38,985 bases of DNA. Source: Nemertoderma westbladi. Its lineage: Eukaryota; Animalia; Xenacoelomorpha. The stretch is from the NCBI GenBank assembly GCA_032718475.1, contig JAUCBJ010003890.1, positions 1 through 38,985 on the forward strand. Reading direction: 5' to 3'. The stretch's first letter is position 1; each line of letters begins with the position of its first letter. This document shows, piece by piece, positions 9,793 through 22,019 of the stretch. Both the position numbers and the translations under genes were made by a program. The notes beneath the pieces are model-generated. The model was given only the letters and a program-made list of their open reading frames with translations, had not been told where the DNA came from and did not search any database.

Positions 9793-10645
9793 GATCGGTT
9801 TTCTTTACGCTGTCGCTATGTGCCTCCGCATAAGTCAGTTAGATGCATGTTGCTAATTTACTAGTAAAGTAACTAGTAAAAAAATAGTAAGTAGTAATAT
9901 AGTAAAAACATGAAAAAGGAAATATAAATATTTAAAAGGAACGCTTTGTGTTTTTTTGTAAATGCTGGTCCTTCGTAGGAAAAAAATAAAACTCTTTAAC
10001 CACCATCCATATCTCACCTTTCTTAACGAAATTAAGGCGAATCTTAACAGATTTGGAATTCTTGTAATGTCACCCACCCACCACCCTTCTGTTGGTTCCA
10101 ACAAATAACCGCAATAACCTTGTATAGCTAACTAAATTGACTGACAATACATATACTTGTAATGTAATACCTTACTATGCTTTGTTACACGAACAAACGT
10201 AGTGAGTGAGTGAAAATAAAGCCACGAGGATCACAACAATGTAATGTACTTTGCAACAAGTATGTATGTAGTCTTATTCCTAAATTTTAACATTACGAAA
10301 TTATTGTATATATATTATAAGTGATAGAAACTGTACAAATTAAATTAGTTGATGTATAAATAAATGTAAAAAAAGTTATAAAGTGCTAAATAACAACTCG
10401 CTGTTAATTCTAACTGCATTGAGTAATGTTACAATTTTGGAATAAAGTACTTTACACAAAAGTATATAAATTAGTCTTAATTAAATCACTTAATCACCTG
10501 GCAACTTAATATTTTGCTATAATCGTAATGTTTAATTATAGTTTTTAGAGAACAATATATTAATTAATTAATTATCGGAAGTTTCTATCTATATTTAAAG
10601 ATGTTTAACAGCTCAACTCCAATTAATTTATCTATATATACACAG

Positions 10646-10781
10646 GAATGTGGCCATTGCTGGGCATTTGCATCACGGGAAGACGTCATTGGTTGATTGT
10701 CTTATGGAACAAACCCACCCAGATCTCAGACCATATGAAGATCAACCTTTAAGATTCACGGATACATTGTTTACTGAACAG
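10646..10781 (+). CDS. EFTUD2: EFTUD2 exon with G1/P-loop (GHLHHGKT)
   Basis: Acceptor cacag|G completes an Arg codon, then [25 protein letters not shown]...FTDTLFTEQ. Donor GT at 10782, phase 0. Confidence 0.95.
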
Positions 10782-10971
10782 GTTATCTTATCTTTATTTT
10801 ATGCACTTTTATTTATACACTTCCTCATACACAGTTATTGGATTTTTCCACAAATCGCTAGGATTTATTGCTTATAATAATTGGAAACGCTACCATTTCA
10901 ACAGCCAACCGATTACTCACTTGAGCCAACATTTTAGATTTTACCTTTAACTGATTTTATTAGCTGAGCTA

Positions 10972-11154
10972 AGGCCCGTTCCGCGCATCTTTTTTTTGAG
11001 CTTTATTTCTAGCTTTTTTTGAGCTTTATTCTATATTTTAGGTTTTAGCATTCGAAAACTCTCAGATTCATCTTGAAGCAATTAATTTCTAGAAATTGTT
11101 TTAACTAAAAAAAGCTTGAAAAAAGCTCAAAAAAAGCAGCGCGGAAACGGGCCT
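10972..11154. mobile_element. MITE, PIF/Harbinger-like
   Basis: Imperfect TIRs AGGCCCGTTCCGCGC...TTTTTTTGAGCTTT and AAAGCTCAAAAAAAGCAGCGCGGAAACGGGCCT. 3-bp TSD CTA. Confidence 0.7.
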
Positions 11155-11161
11155 CTAGTAC

Positions 11162-11850
11162 TGTGGGGGGAGCGACGAAAGAACGCGAGCTTAGCATACA
11201 GGTACCACTAACTCAATCGGTGTGTCTGTTGTTCTGTCGTGTTCAATTTTAAACGTTAATAACTCAGCCAAATGTTAATGAAATCTATCCAAACTTTGGT
11301 ACACATGTAGTCTGGCAAAAGTTTAGAAATTTTCCAAGTTGAATTTCCGTGTGGCCTTCGAGAAGCTAAGATAATAGCAGTTAATTAATTAAATTAAAAT
11401 TAATTAAGTTGGTTGGGGTAAAAACAGCATTATTTCAAGCCTGTTTTTTAATGAAATTAATTATTTTAGAGTATAAGATATAAATAATTATACTTAAAAG
11501 TTATACAGCTGTAATCCACATACCCCATTCCATTGCAGTTTTTAATTAGTTAAGTGATTTGCTTTAAGAAATGTGTTTTTAATTGATCTAACTGTTGTAA
11601 CTAATAAGCCAGCTTGATTTATCCTGCCTTGCATTTATCCTCTGTGCTCCTTGGGTTGGGATGGTGCAGATTAAGTGGGCGGTTGGAGCGAGGGGGGGGG
11701 GGGGGGGGGGGGGGCTTTCCTCTCTTCTTTGATTTATTCTTATTGGCGTTTTGGTTAAATTTTCTTAATTATTAATTTAAATTTCTTAAGTACCTATTTT
11801 GGGATAGAATTAACTAAGCTTCGTCCTGCGCGATGGCCCCACGAACGTGT
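11162..11850 (+). mobile_element. Interspersed repeat, Helentron-associated (HINE/DINE-1-like), copy 1
   Basis: Starts TGTGGGG..AGCGACGAAAG, has a GTCT-type microsatellite and a CCAAACTTTGGTACACATG core, and ends TCGTCCTGCGCGATGGCCCCACGAACGTGT (short subterminal IR GTGGGG/CCCCAC). A second copy starts at 28650. Confidence 0.65.
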
Positions 11851-12067
11851 CCTTCTCTGCTGATTGATTTAACGAGCTTTTCAAATAGTGTATTGTGTGA
11901 ATGTCATTGCACCATTCGTATCCCTTGGCTACTTTTCATTAACCGTAATTTCTTTATCATTAGAAAAAAATTGCTTTTAAATGAATCGGGAGCTGGTCGT
12001 CCGAAACTTGCATTTTTTTATTGCAAACAAAATGTACAAAAACTGTTTTGTTGTGGGCGGCATTTAA

Positions 12068-13441
12068 GGGCATGTGTTTGTGGTGAAAATTTAAAAAAAT
12101 CAAAATTTTTTTTACGGATTCTGGGTCAAAATTTAATGGCGATTTCAAAACTGAAAACGACAATGCGAGATCTATTTTAGTTCTCGAGTTATAGCTGTCT
12201 GTTTGTTGTCAGTCGGTCAGGTCAGTCTGACAAAATTTAAGAAACACATGCAATGTACAATTTTGACATACTGTAGGAATTTTCCTGTTTAGTGATCACA
12301 TTTATAATGTCAGACTCAACGTTTCATGTATTCTAGATTGTCTGTCATTCTGCCTGCCTGCCTGCATGTCTGTCTTTCTGTTTGTTGGCCTGTCTGTCAG
12401 TCAAAAAGTAATGAATGAAATACACAACTAAAAATGTTATTGTAGAGGTTTTCCTGGTCTATGATTCCATTTCTTATGTCCGTTTTAACGGTTAAAGCAT
12501 TCTAAATGGTCTATTAGGATGTCTGTCTGTCTGTTATATTTTGACGGACAGACCGACATGAATACAGACCCAACACAAAGCCATTATATTTAAATATTGA
12601 CATCAGAAATGGAATCACCGACCAGGAAAACCCCTTTAAATCAATTTTTAGGGATGTCGTGTCCTAAATTTCGACTGACAGACGAACAGATTGTCTGAGA
12701 AACAGACAGACTGACAGTTAGACAGTCTGGAATTCTTCAAACGTCAAAACTAACTTCGGTATTGAAATCACCGACCAGGAAAGCCCCCATAACCTAAATT
12801 TCAATTCGGTAGTGTGTTTCCTTAATTATTGACTGACAGACAGACAGATTGTCCGACAAACAGACAGACTGACAGACTGGAATTCATCAAACGTCAAAAC
12901 TGACATCGGAAATGCAATCACCACCCCAGAAAACCTCCATATCGAAAATTTTGGTTAAGAAGGATTCTTCCTTATTTTTTTCAACACAATTTGAATCATC
13001 CCTGCATTTAACATAAAATGGCGGGAAGGTTTGAAATCTTTAAATGGCTTTATCTCAGAATTTTATTTTTCACTTTTATTTTTCACTCATGTACCTGTTT
13101 CTCTGGAACTACTGGACCAAATTGCATGAAATTTTCAGTATATGTTCTTCTACTAATCCTTTATAGGTGGTAGCACATTTAGACATGTGGGTTAGAAATT
13201 TAAAAAGTTACATCTCAAAAAACGGCCAAAATACGTGTTTTTTTCACTTTTTGCAAATAACATTTTTCACTTTGAAAATTTCTGGTGATCACAATAATTT
13301 TTTTTATTTATTCTGCTACCACGCCTGAGACACATGCAAAATTAATTCCCCTCCAAATTTGAAGCCATTATGTTGAACCAATTCCTCAGACAGAAGAGGT
13401 ACATAAGCTTAATAGTCAAATGTATGGACAAACACGTGCCC
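12068..13441. mobile_element. Non-autonomous Kolobok-like DNA transposon
   Basis: TTAA|GGGCATGTGTTTG ... CAAACACGTGCCC|TTAA. A TTAA TSD with RR..YY termini fits Kolobok rather than piggyBac. Confidence 0.72.
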
Positions 13442-13462
13442 TTAAATGGTTAAGTTCAATAA

Positions 13463-16400
13463 TAGTCTGGTCGATAAGACAATGTACCCGGAAAAAAATG
13501 TTACCAAGCTATATTTGGTATGGTTCGAATCGCTAGGATCCCCGCTTTCGAAATCTTTAAAGTCCTCTCTTCAATAGGGTGGGCAACTCTCACAAATCCC
13601 GTTTCCATAGCAACCGACATAAAAATATATATAATTACATTTAAAGCAACTGGCCTAGCTCCTACCCCCACTATATCGCCAACGGAGAATTCATTGAACA
13701 TATTTTAAATTCTCAGTTACCATGGCAACTGGTAGATTCACCCTATCAACCATCAATTTGGCCATCTTGAGGCAATGGGACCAACTCCTAATCCCACTAT
13801 ATCGACTATGGAAAATTCATTGATAAAATTTTCAAGTCTCAGTTACTATGGCAACCGGTATATTCACCATATCAACCATCTTGAGGCAAAGGAACCACCC
13901 CTACTCCTACCATGGCAACTCCTATCCCCGCTATTAATATTAATAGATTAAGGAATGATAGTTTATTAAACCAAAAATATAATAATTATTAAATATTATA
14001 AATTCATAATAGAAATATTGAAAATTGTATATTATACCTAGAGTTTATCATGAACAAAGTTATTATAATAAATAATATCACCATTTATTAGTGGAACAAT
14101 TGTATCTATACACAGTTTATTAAACCATACCTGTAATAATTAATGTTACTTAAATAAACAATTAATGTTATTTATAAATAATGATTGTTAATAAATAGAA
14201 AAATAAATATAATAATGTTATTAGAAAAGAGTTAATAGTAAAAATATGGTATTTTTGTTAATATTAATTGTTAATATTATAATAATAAAATTTAATAATT
14301 TGTCTTAAAAAAATATTTCAGCCATTATAAAAGTATCTATCCAGAACTATAGAACGTTGAGATCTGATTTCCAGATGGTATCCATTTTTGATAGAGCTAC
14401 CCAAGCCTTTGCTTTCCTAACTTGTATGTCCTTTTTGCTACTCTCTATCCATGATCCAAGGTACTGGAAGTCATTGACCTTCCTTAGTTGATTATTATCA
14501 ATGGTTGTCAAGTTTTCATTAACATTAAAGGTCATGAATTCGGTCTTTGTAGCATTGATATGCAATGCAACCTCCTTAGCAGCCCTCTCCACTTTATTTA
14601 GTAGAAGCTGTGCATCTGCTAGCGTATTAGAGAGCAGGGCGATGTCATCCGCAAAGTCGGTGTCTGTGACTGTAGTTGCCGGATATCTACTACTTCTGCG
14701 TTCTTGAAGTGTGAATCCCAGATCTTCACCCTTTGTGGTCGTCCTCATTGCGTAATCCAGCACAATTACAAATAGTAATGGTGCTAATGTGCACCATGCA
14801 GTACGCCAGCCAGGATTGAGAAAAACTCAGTTTCACCATCTGGTGAGAGTACCTGCGCTTCTGTGTCACAATATAACAATCCAATGCCAGCAACAATCAC
14901 TTCTGGTATTCCATAAGGTCTTAGGATTTCAAGCATTTTACCTCTATGGATGGAGTCGAATGCCTTCTTGAAGTCCACAAAAGTCATGACTGCGGGGAGA
15001 TTCTTTGACTTAATTCCTTCAATCAGTCTCCGAAGTGCAAGTATCTGAGCTATTGTTGATCTACTTGGTCGAAATCCGTTTTGGCTCTTACGCAGTAGTT
15101 TCTCTATGTGAGGCCTAATCCTATATAGAATCATTTTATTGTATATTTTGGCAGCTACCACAAGCAGACAGATCCCACGATAGTTTGTTGGTATGCCGAG
15201 GTCTCCTTTCTTGGGGAGAGGCTTTAGTTGACCTTTAGTCCAAATTGGTGGTGGCTTTTCCCCTTTTAACATCCGGTTGCAAACATTCAATAATGGTCTA
15301 TTTAGCACTCCGGTTTTCCATACCTCCGCTGGGATTTCATCTAATCCACTCGCTTTATTATTGGACATGCTTTTAATGCTTCTTTGGAGTTCGGCAGGTG
15401 TGAAGTCCCCTGTTTCTATAGGTAGTGTCTTGTCATATATTTTCCTTGTAGGGCTGACCTCGATGTTTGGTGGCTGCCCAAGCAAGTTGCTGAAGTGATT
15501 TTTCCACTTCCCAACACGTTCTTCAGTACTATCGGCTTTGAGGCGCCCCTTTGCACAACTTTTCCGACCAGATACCTCATTTACAGTTTGCCAGGTAAGT
15601 CTTGATTGTTTCTGTATATGAGCAGTTGTAATTGCTTCAATTTTATCCTGTATGTACTTCTCCTGGCTGATGTTGTAGGCCAATTTAAGATCGTCCTTAG
15701 CTTTCTCAACCTTGTTAATGTTTTCAGTTGTTGGTTGTTCGGTTTTAACTTTGTAGGCTATCTTAAGATCTTCTCTCTTACAAGTAACCTCAGAGTTTTG
15801 CCATGGCACATACTGTTTTCGAGGGTTTCTGAGGTATATGCCTCTTAGCTAATTCCTTGTGGGCTGTTATTATATTCTGGTATATTGAATCGGTGGACTG
15901 GTCTTCATCCATTGACTGAAGTGCTTCAAAGCGGTTTTGAACTTCTACTGTATAAGCATCCTTTACAGCATTGTCAGTTCCGAGTTTCTCCCAGTCATAT
16001 TTGATTTGCTTGCTTGTCCTGGGTTTGCTGGCTCTCAAACTGAGTCTGATCTCTGCAGTCACAATTCTGTGGTCCGAACCAATTAGGTTGAATGAGCTGT
16101 ATGCCTCGCAGTTGATCATGCTATTTCTCAACTTTTTGTTTATAAGGATGTTATCCAGTTGTGCTTTGGTTCCATTAGGGTATTGAAAGGTCCATAGCTT
16201 CCCCATACTCTTTTCGAATGTGTCGTTTGTTGATATCAATTCACATTCTTCCATTAGGTCTAAAAGTAGGTCTGAATTTCTGTTAGAACTGGTGTTATAG
16301 ATGTAACCCTTGATGTCTTCTGGGCCAATTTGCGCATTCAGATCACCAGCAATGACTTTAACATTGTGTTTCGGAATGTCCTTTATAAGTCCAGTCAGTT

Positions 16401-17536
16401 CTTCATAAAACTTGACTGCTTGTTCAGGTGCTGAGGCATTGGTTGGACTGAAGCAACATATAACCGTTGCCTTGGGATTCCCATCAAATGTTGCGATCAT
16501 AACCCTGGAATTTATAGATTCGATGTTGTTTAGGGTCTTAAGTGCAAATGGGCTTAGCAGAATTCCTACTCCACCAATTGATGCATTGGCCTAGTTTCTT
16601 ACTGCTGAGCTTGTTACTAACATCCATCCATTTCCAATGTCATTGTACTTCATGGCAGTGTCTTCATGACAAATCCGATGTTCTTGGATGCAGATGATGT
16701 CAATTGCCGATGTCGATTGTCGATTGCCTATTAGGTTTTGACAAATTTTTACTAGCTACCACAACAGTGTTCCAGAATATAATATTTTGATTATTTAATG
16801 TTGCATCGATGTCGAGGAATAATTTAATCATGAAATATTTGCATTTTAAAAAATTAATATTGAATTTTTTTAAAAATTAGCTAGCTACCATAATGGCTTA
16901 AGTGTTCTACCTGTGCCCAAAAGTGACGAAAGAACGACATTTTTTATTGTAAAATGTTGAGATGATGTCTATATGGAATTTACCATACTCCATTATATTT
17001 TCAGTGTCTAACTAGTGTGCATACAAGCCAGTCGAGTCTTTTGATATGCATGTCCCTTACAGTATGTTCAATTGATGAGTCAGCCATGCATAACTAGACC
17101 CCAGATTTAACTCAATACTAAGTTTGGAGAGCGTAATAATAAAAATAATAGGTCAAATTCAAGTTTTGCTTGCCTTGGAACCAATATAACGCCAGCAACC
17201 AGGCGTGAGTGGGGTAAACTACTAGCTAACACCGGTAAATTTCAGTCTACATTATGTATACAATTATGTATGTAATTAACAGATAAGAATATGAAATATT
17301 ACATTGTCTCTTAGCAACGATGAAATATTCCACGTGAAGATCAAGTAAATTTGAATTGATTTTACATATGGATAGGGTTCACGAAAATGGCTATAAAAAA
17401 AGTTGCCCAAGGTATGCTGCGGAGGACTTTCGATATTCTTAAAGAGCATAAATTTGCGCTTCTAATTATACCAAATTTGGCTTGGTAACATTTTTTTCCG
17501 GGTACACCTAAAATTGCTCCTAAATCGACCAGACTA
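13463..17536. mobile_element. Non-autonomous Academ-like TIR element hosting a nested LINE
   Basis: TIRs TAGTCTGGTCGAT/ATCGACCAGACTA plus a subterminal IR GTACCCGGAAAAAAATGTTACCAAGC. 3-bp TSD TAA. Internal CCATGGCAAC repeats. Confidence 0.7.
14347..16710 (-). mobile_element. RTE-clade non-LTR retrotransposon (APE + RT), decayed and truncated at both ends
   Basis: APE motifs IDIICIQE, GDLNA and GSDH; RT motifs NYRGI, QNGFR, VDFKKAFDSI and DFADDIALLS. Frameshifts and stops present. Confidence 0.9.
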
Positions 17537-17854
17537 TAACAATGGGTGGTGTTTATTTAACGGGCATTGCCTGATGTTGTGAAAAATATGACATTGCTAT
17601 TCAGATATTTATATATTGACGGAAACTGAATATATTCAAACCAGAGTATTTTAGCTAATTCGAAATGTGAGCTAAAAGTTATGGGAGACAATTTCAAGAA
17701 GGTTACACAATTTGTGCTTATAATATATGTACACCATGTCCCGTAATATAATGTCATTTTCGGATGACACGGACCCCCCCCCCCCCCCCCAGATTTTTCT
17801 ACAAATCTGTATCATATTGCTTGAAATTTGAAACACCACTCACTAGTTCCACTC

Positions 17855-18518
17855 GGTATTAGTATTGCCTGTGACCCCACTTTTTGATGAAAAAAACTAG
17901 CTAGTAATTTATGATATACTAGCTACATATGTTGGTATTATGTTTGCCCCACTCAAGTTCTACATTCTGGAACATTTTTCTTGTGTTGCTATGGTAACCA
18001 AGTGTTGTAAATAATGATTTATTGAAGGTTAATCGAATATGTTATTTAATGAATATAACAATGTAAATTGATTAGTTTTTTGTTTTTGAACTGAATTAAA
18101 CAGATTTCTATAATTCGCTATTGTTTATTAGTGTTATCAGTTTGCTGAATGGGGCCTCCCTGTTGTAATTTCGCCACCAAAATTCAGCGAGATGATTCTG
18201 TAACAGGTTCTTATTGGTTCCTCTCTTGTTCCTCATCAAGCCTAGCTTGGCATGTCCCCACATCCCTTCTATCCGCTGGGTATGAGCGCCATCATTAACA
18301 TGGTCAAAAAATGTATCAAAAATTTGGTGCCAAAAATTTGGTTTTGAAATTTTAAAAACAGTAGCTACCTAAAAAAAAAACACTAGCTACCATAAAAAAT
18401 CAATAGCTAACGTCTCACAGAAGATGACATTTATATTCTAAATCAAAAAACCTCAAGATAATAGCCATTAACATGGTCAAATAAATGGTCAAAAAGTGGG
18501 GTCACAGGCCATAATACC
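17855..18518. mobile_element. Non-autonomous TIR element with 8-bp TSD (Merlin- or Mutator-like)
   Basis: GGTATTA..GCCTGTGACCCCACTTTTTGA and TCAAAAAGTGGGGTCACAGGCCATAATACC. TSD TTCCACTC at 17847-17854 and 18519-18526. Confidence 0.78.
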
Positions 18519-18825
18519 TTCCACTCACCGTCGATGACCCCATGATGCCGGAATTTTCGATTTTGCCTTTAAATTATTTTTGTAAGCGTTTTTAAAAAGT
18601 GTCTTTTGCGAAATCGCACCTTCCGTATCGTGGCCATTCTTCACATTAGTCGTAATTCATATCATTAAAAAGCTTGCGTTGCAAGGATTCCAAATACGTA
18701 ACAATATCTGAATTTCGTTGAGAAACAGCTGAGATATAGGCGTTCAAAGATTGCAATAATTATCGTTCGCTGCAGGCCATTTATTCTATTTAATAAATAC
18801 ACAAAATTCTAGAATTGTGTATTTA

Positions 18826-19927
18826 TTAAATAGAATAAATTTCTCTGTGCCGAATACTGTTCTCTTTTAAAGAGTATGTTTCTTCCGAATAACTTGGTAA
18901 ATGTGTTGACAAATGGCCTCCTACATGTGAATGCTTTGGCGTAGCCCCTTGTTCTTCCCAAGAAGTTCCTAACGAAATATGATCCAATCCGACCATACCG
19001 GTATTTGTGCGTATTGGGTGTAACTGCTGAGTATGAGGTGTACTCAGTTGCCTTGGTTGAAATGCTACCAGTTGCCTAGGTTGAATTGCTCCATGTTGCC
19101 TCGGTTGAATGGCTCCCTGTTGCATCGGTTGACTTGCTCCCTGTTGCATAGGTTGAATTACTCTCTGTTGCATAGTTTGAAGTGCTCCGAGTTGCATATG
19201 TTGAATTGCTGCCTGTTGCCTAGGTTGAAGTGCTCCCAGTTGCATAGGATGAATTACTCTCTGTTGCATAGTTTGAAGTGCTCCGAGTTGCATATGTTGA
19301 ATTGCTCCCTGTGGCATAGGTTGAAGAGTTCCCTGTTGCATAGGTTGAGTTTGAACCATATGCTGTTGCCTAATCTGAGTGTTTATCATTGGTAAGGTGA
19401 CATGCGGTACTTCTGCTTGCATACTGTTCGGGTATGGCTCATGTATGGAGGCCGGATGACTTTGTACTGTACCAAGAACCCATGCCCCATCTTAACTGTT
19501 TACCCAGCGGCTGTGCTCACCTGGACTAGTTTTTAGAATTCTCGCCGTTATTTCTACAAGTTCTTTTTTCCATGTTTCAGCAAATGTATCGAGTTCACTG
19601 TCAAGATTATGTAAACTTTACAAGTGGTGTATCTGCTGACTGAGACTATGTTTCTTCAATATATCAAGTTGTTTCCTTAAAAGCAACTCCCATTTATTAA
19701 GTAATTCTTCCAGGTTTCTCTCTCTGGCAGTATTTGATATCTCTTGTGAATTGCTCTGTTTTACTACATATGCCACCAACCTTCCATATATTAATTATGT
19801 TGTGTTGTTCTAATTTATTGTGGATTTCTTGTAATTTTGCTCTACAATTGTCATCTATGTAGGTATATTTATATTTTAGCATTGAAAATAGATTACGTAT
19901 ATAGGCCACATAATTCTCCCCTTCCAT
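18826..19927 (-). pseudogene. Decayed antisense intronless gene: helical (possibly death-fold-like) N-terminus plus Gln-rich 8-aa repeats
   Basis: Start agcATGG at 19927 opens a 76-aa ORF that continues after a frameshift (NKWELLLRKQLDILKK...) with stops, then a 198-aa ORF with QPMQQGAI/QHMQLGAL 24-bp repeats. Confidence 0.5.
19040..19370. repeat. 24-bp minisatellite (GTTGCATAGGTTGAATTGCTCCCT-like)
   Basis: About a dozen degenerate units, encoding Q-rich octapeptides on the minus strand. Confidence 0.85.
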
Positions 19928-20976
19928 GCTGTGACGACATTGGCCTACTGGTGCACTTTATCAGTGCACTTTTAATCCTTTCAGCTAGTTAGCTGACTAC
20001 ATACCTAAGTACTGCAGTAAAGCATAATTATTTAATGAAGAAGGCCTTTTTAATTATTCCATGGACCGGTAGAACAAATATTTTTTATTCTAGAAAGTTT
20101 TTTAAAACTTTGTCAAATTTCATGACAACCTAATGTTATTGTATTTGTCATATTGACTATATATACGTCTTTGTTCATAAAATAGGACTTTATTTGTTTT
20201 GTTGTAAGTCACTTTTTTGTCAAATTCGTTGACAAGTTTGAAAAAAAAGAACACTTTATTTGAAAAAGGCTCGTTTTCTCACTAATATTTTTATTTTAAA
20301 AATTAAGTTAATTAATCTAAAGTTTTTTCATTAATTGTTCTGAAAAATTAGTTTAAAAAAGTATTTTTTTAACGAATTTTGTGGAAAATTAGTAAAAAAA
20401 AGTATTTTTTTAAACTAATTTTGTGGAAAATTAGTAAAAAAAAGTATTTTTTTAAACTAATTTTTCATCATACAGCTCACACATTAAGAAAATGAAACTA
20501 AATTGTTTATACCGGGACCGGTACGGATATCGACAGGTACAGACGGCTGTAGACCACAATGTGTAAAAAAGAATTACCAGTACTTTAGATAGATAAATGT
20601 AAATAAACAATTTGTACTATGTTTGTAAACAGTAAGACAAGTAGATTAGTACCCTAGTACATATTACTCTACAATTATAATGCCGGTACTTGAATTGGAG
20701 TCAGGGCCATCCAGCAGAATGGCAGCGAGAAGTACCGGACCTATGGTACTGTAGGCCACAGGCCTAATACAATAATAGTAACATCCTTCTTTACAATCTG
20801 GCTGGAGGTGCTCCACAATTTGAATAAGAAGGCTGACGCTAAGAAGATTTGGGTCCTACAAATTACCCAAATTACATACAATATAATAAGTAATCCATAG
20901 GAATTTACAAATTTTTTTGGGCCACCCTAATGTAGATCTATTGATCGTCATCTTATTAGTTTATCTTAACTTATAG

Positions 20977-21266
20977 GAACGAGGTGTCAGCATTAAATCC
21001 ACGCCGGTCTCTCTCCTGCTCCAAGACTCAAAATGCAAGTCGTACCTCCTCAACGTGATTGACACCCCGGGTCACGTGAACTTCTCCGACGAAGTAACCG
21101 CTGCGTTTCGTCTCTGCGACGGGGTGTTGGTGGTTGTTGACGCCGCCGAGGGCGTCATGATGAACACCGAGCGAGTAATAAAGCACTCGGCCCAACAGCG
21201 ACTCAGTGTGGCGGTCTGTATTAATAAGATCGATCGATTGATTTTGGAGTTAAAACTACCGCCCAG
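20977..21266 (+). CDS. EFTUD2: EFTUD2 exon with G2, G3 (DTPGH) and G4 (NKID)
   Basis: Acceptor ttatag|; [10 protein letters not shown]...[12 protein letters not shown]...[16 protein letters not shown]. Donor AG|GTTGGT, phase 2. Confidence 0.96.
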
Positions 21267-21471
21267 GTTGGTGTGTTACGGTCAGGTTATTGTAGTTTAA
21301 TGTATATCTGTAGTGTTCACAAAGTTTTGCTTTCCTGTGAGTTTTTGATTTGGTTATACTTATGAGGAATTGAGAAACCGGCGGGAGGGGGGAGGGGGGG
21401 GGGGGGGGCGCTTTTCCAAATCCCATTTCCGCGAATTGGTCATTTAATTGTTATTATGATTGTTTCCATAG

Positions 21472-21631
21472 TGACGCGTATTACAAGCTGCGGCACATTG
21501 TAGACGAAGTTAACGGCCTACTCAATCTCTATTCCGACGAAACAGCCTACCAACTCAACCCATTGCTAGGCAACGTATGTTTCGCTTCCTCCAAGTACTC
21601 TTTCTGTTTCACTCTCTATTCTTTTGCAAAG
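21472..21631 (+). CDS. EFTUD2: EFTUD2 exon (not in the ORF track)
   Basis: Acceptor ttccatag|T completes a Ser codon, then [17 protein letters not shown]...[25 protein letters not shown]. Donor GTGAGT at 21632, phase 0. Confidence 0.95.
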
Positions 21632-22019
21632 GTGAGTCACGATGAGTCACACAACTCGCTTCACTCCATGATTCACTCCGAAGTGTTGACCAATACTACA
21701 TATTAATTCAGGGTGTCGAACAAAATCCACTACAAAATCCATTACAAAAAGTCGAAAAAAAGAAAAAAAAAATTACACCGGGAAAAACCTGGAAAATGCC
21801 TAGGAAAAATATCATGTAACCAGGAATTTTTCATATTTTGAACAACATGTTCAAAGTTGGTAAAGTTAGTAAAATAATTACCGATTTTTTATTTATTATT
21901 TTTATTTATTTACTATTGTAATTAATATCAATCAATATTAATTAAACAACAATTAAAATTACCTAGAAATAATCCCACCACCATATTTGACTGCTACTGT
22001 ACCGTGAGGCAGATAAAAA

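Noticed and set aside
10646-21266. Elongation factor EF-2/EF-G
   Set aside because: GHLHHGKT, the [10 protein letters not shown]-terminal extension and [15 protein letters not shown] are Snu114/EFTUD2-type.
21633-21649. Tandem AP-1 sites (TGAGTCA x2)
   Set aside because: The first overlaps the GTGAGT donor and the second is a 10-bp local duplication; no evidence of function.
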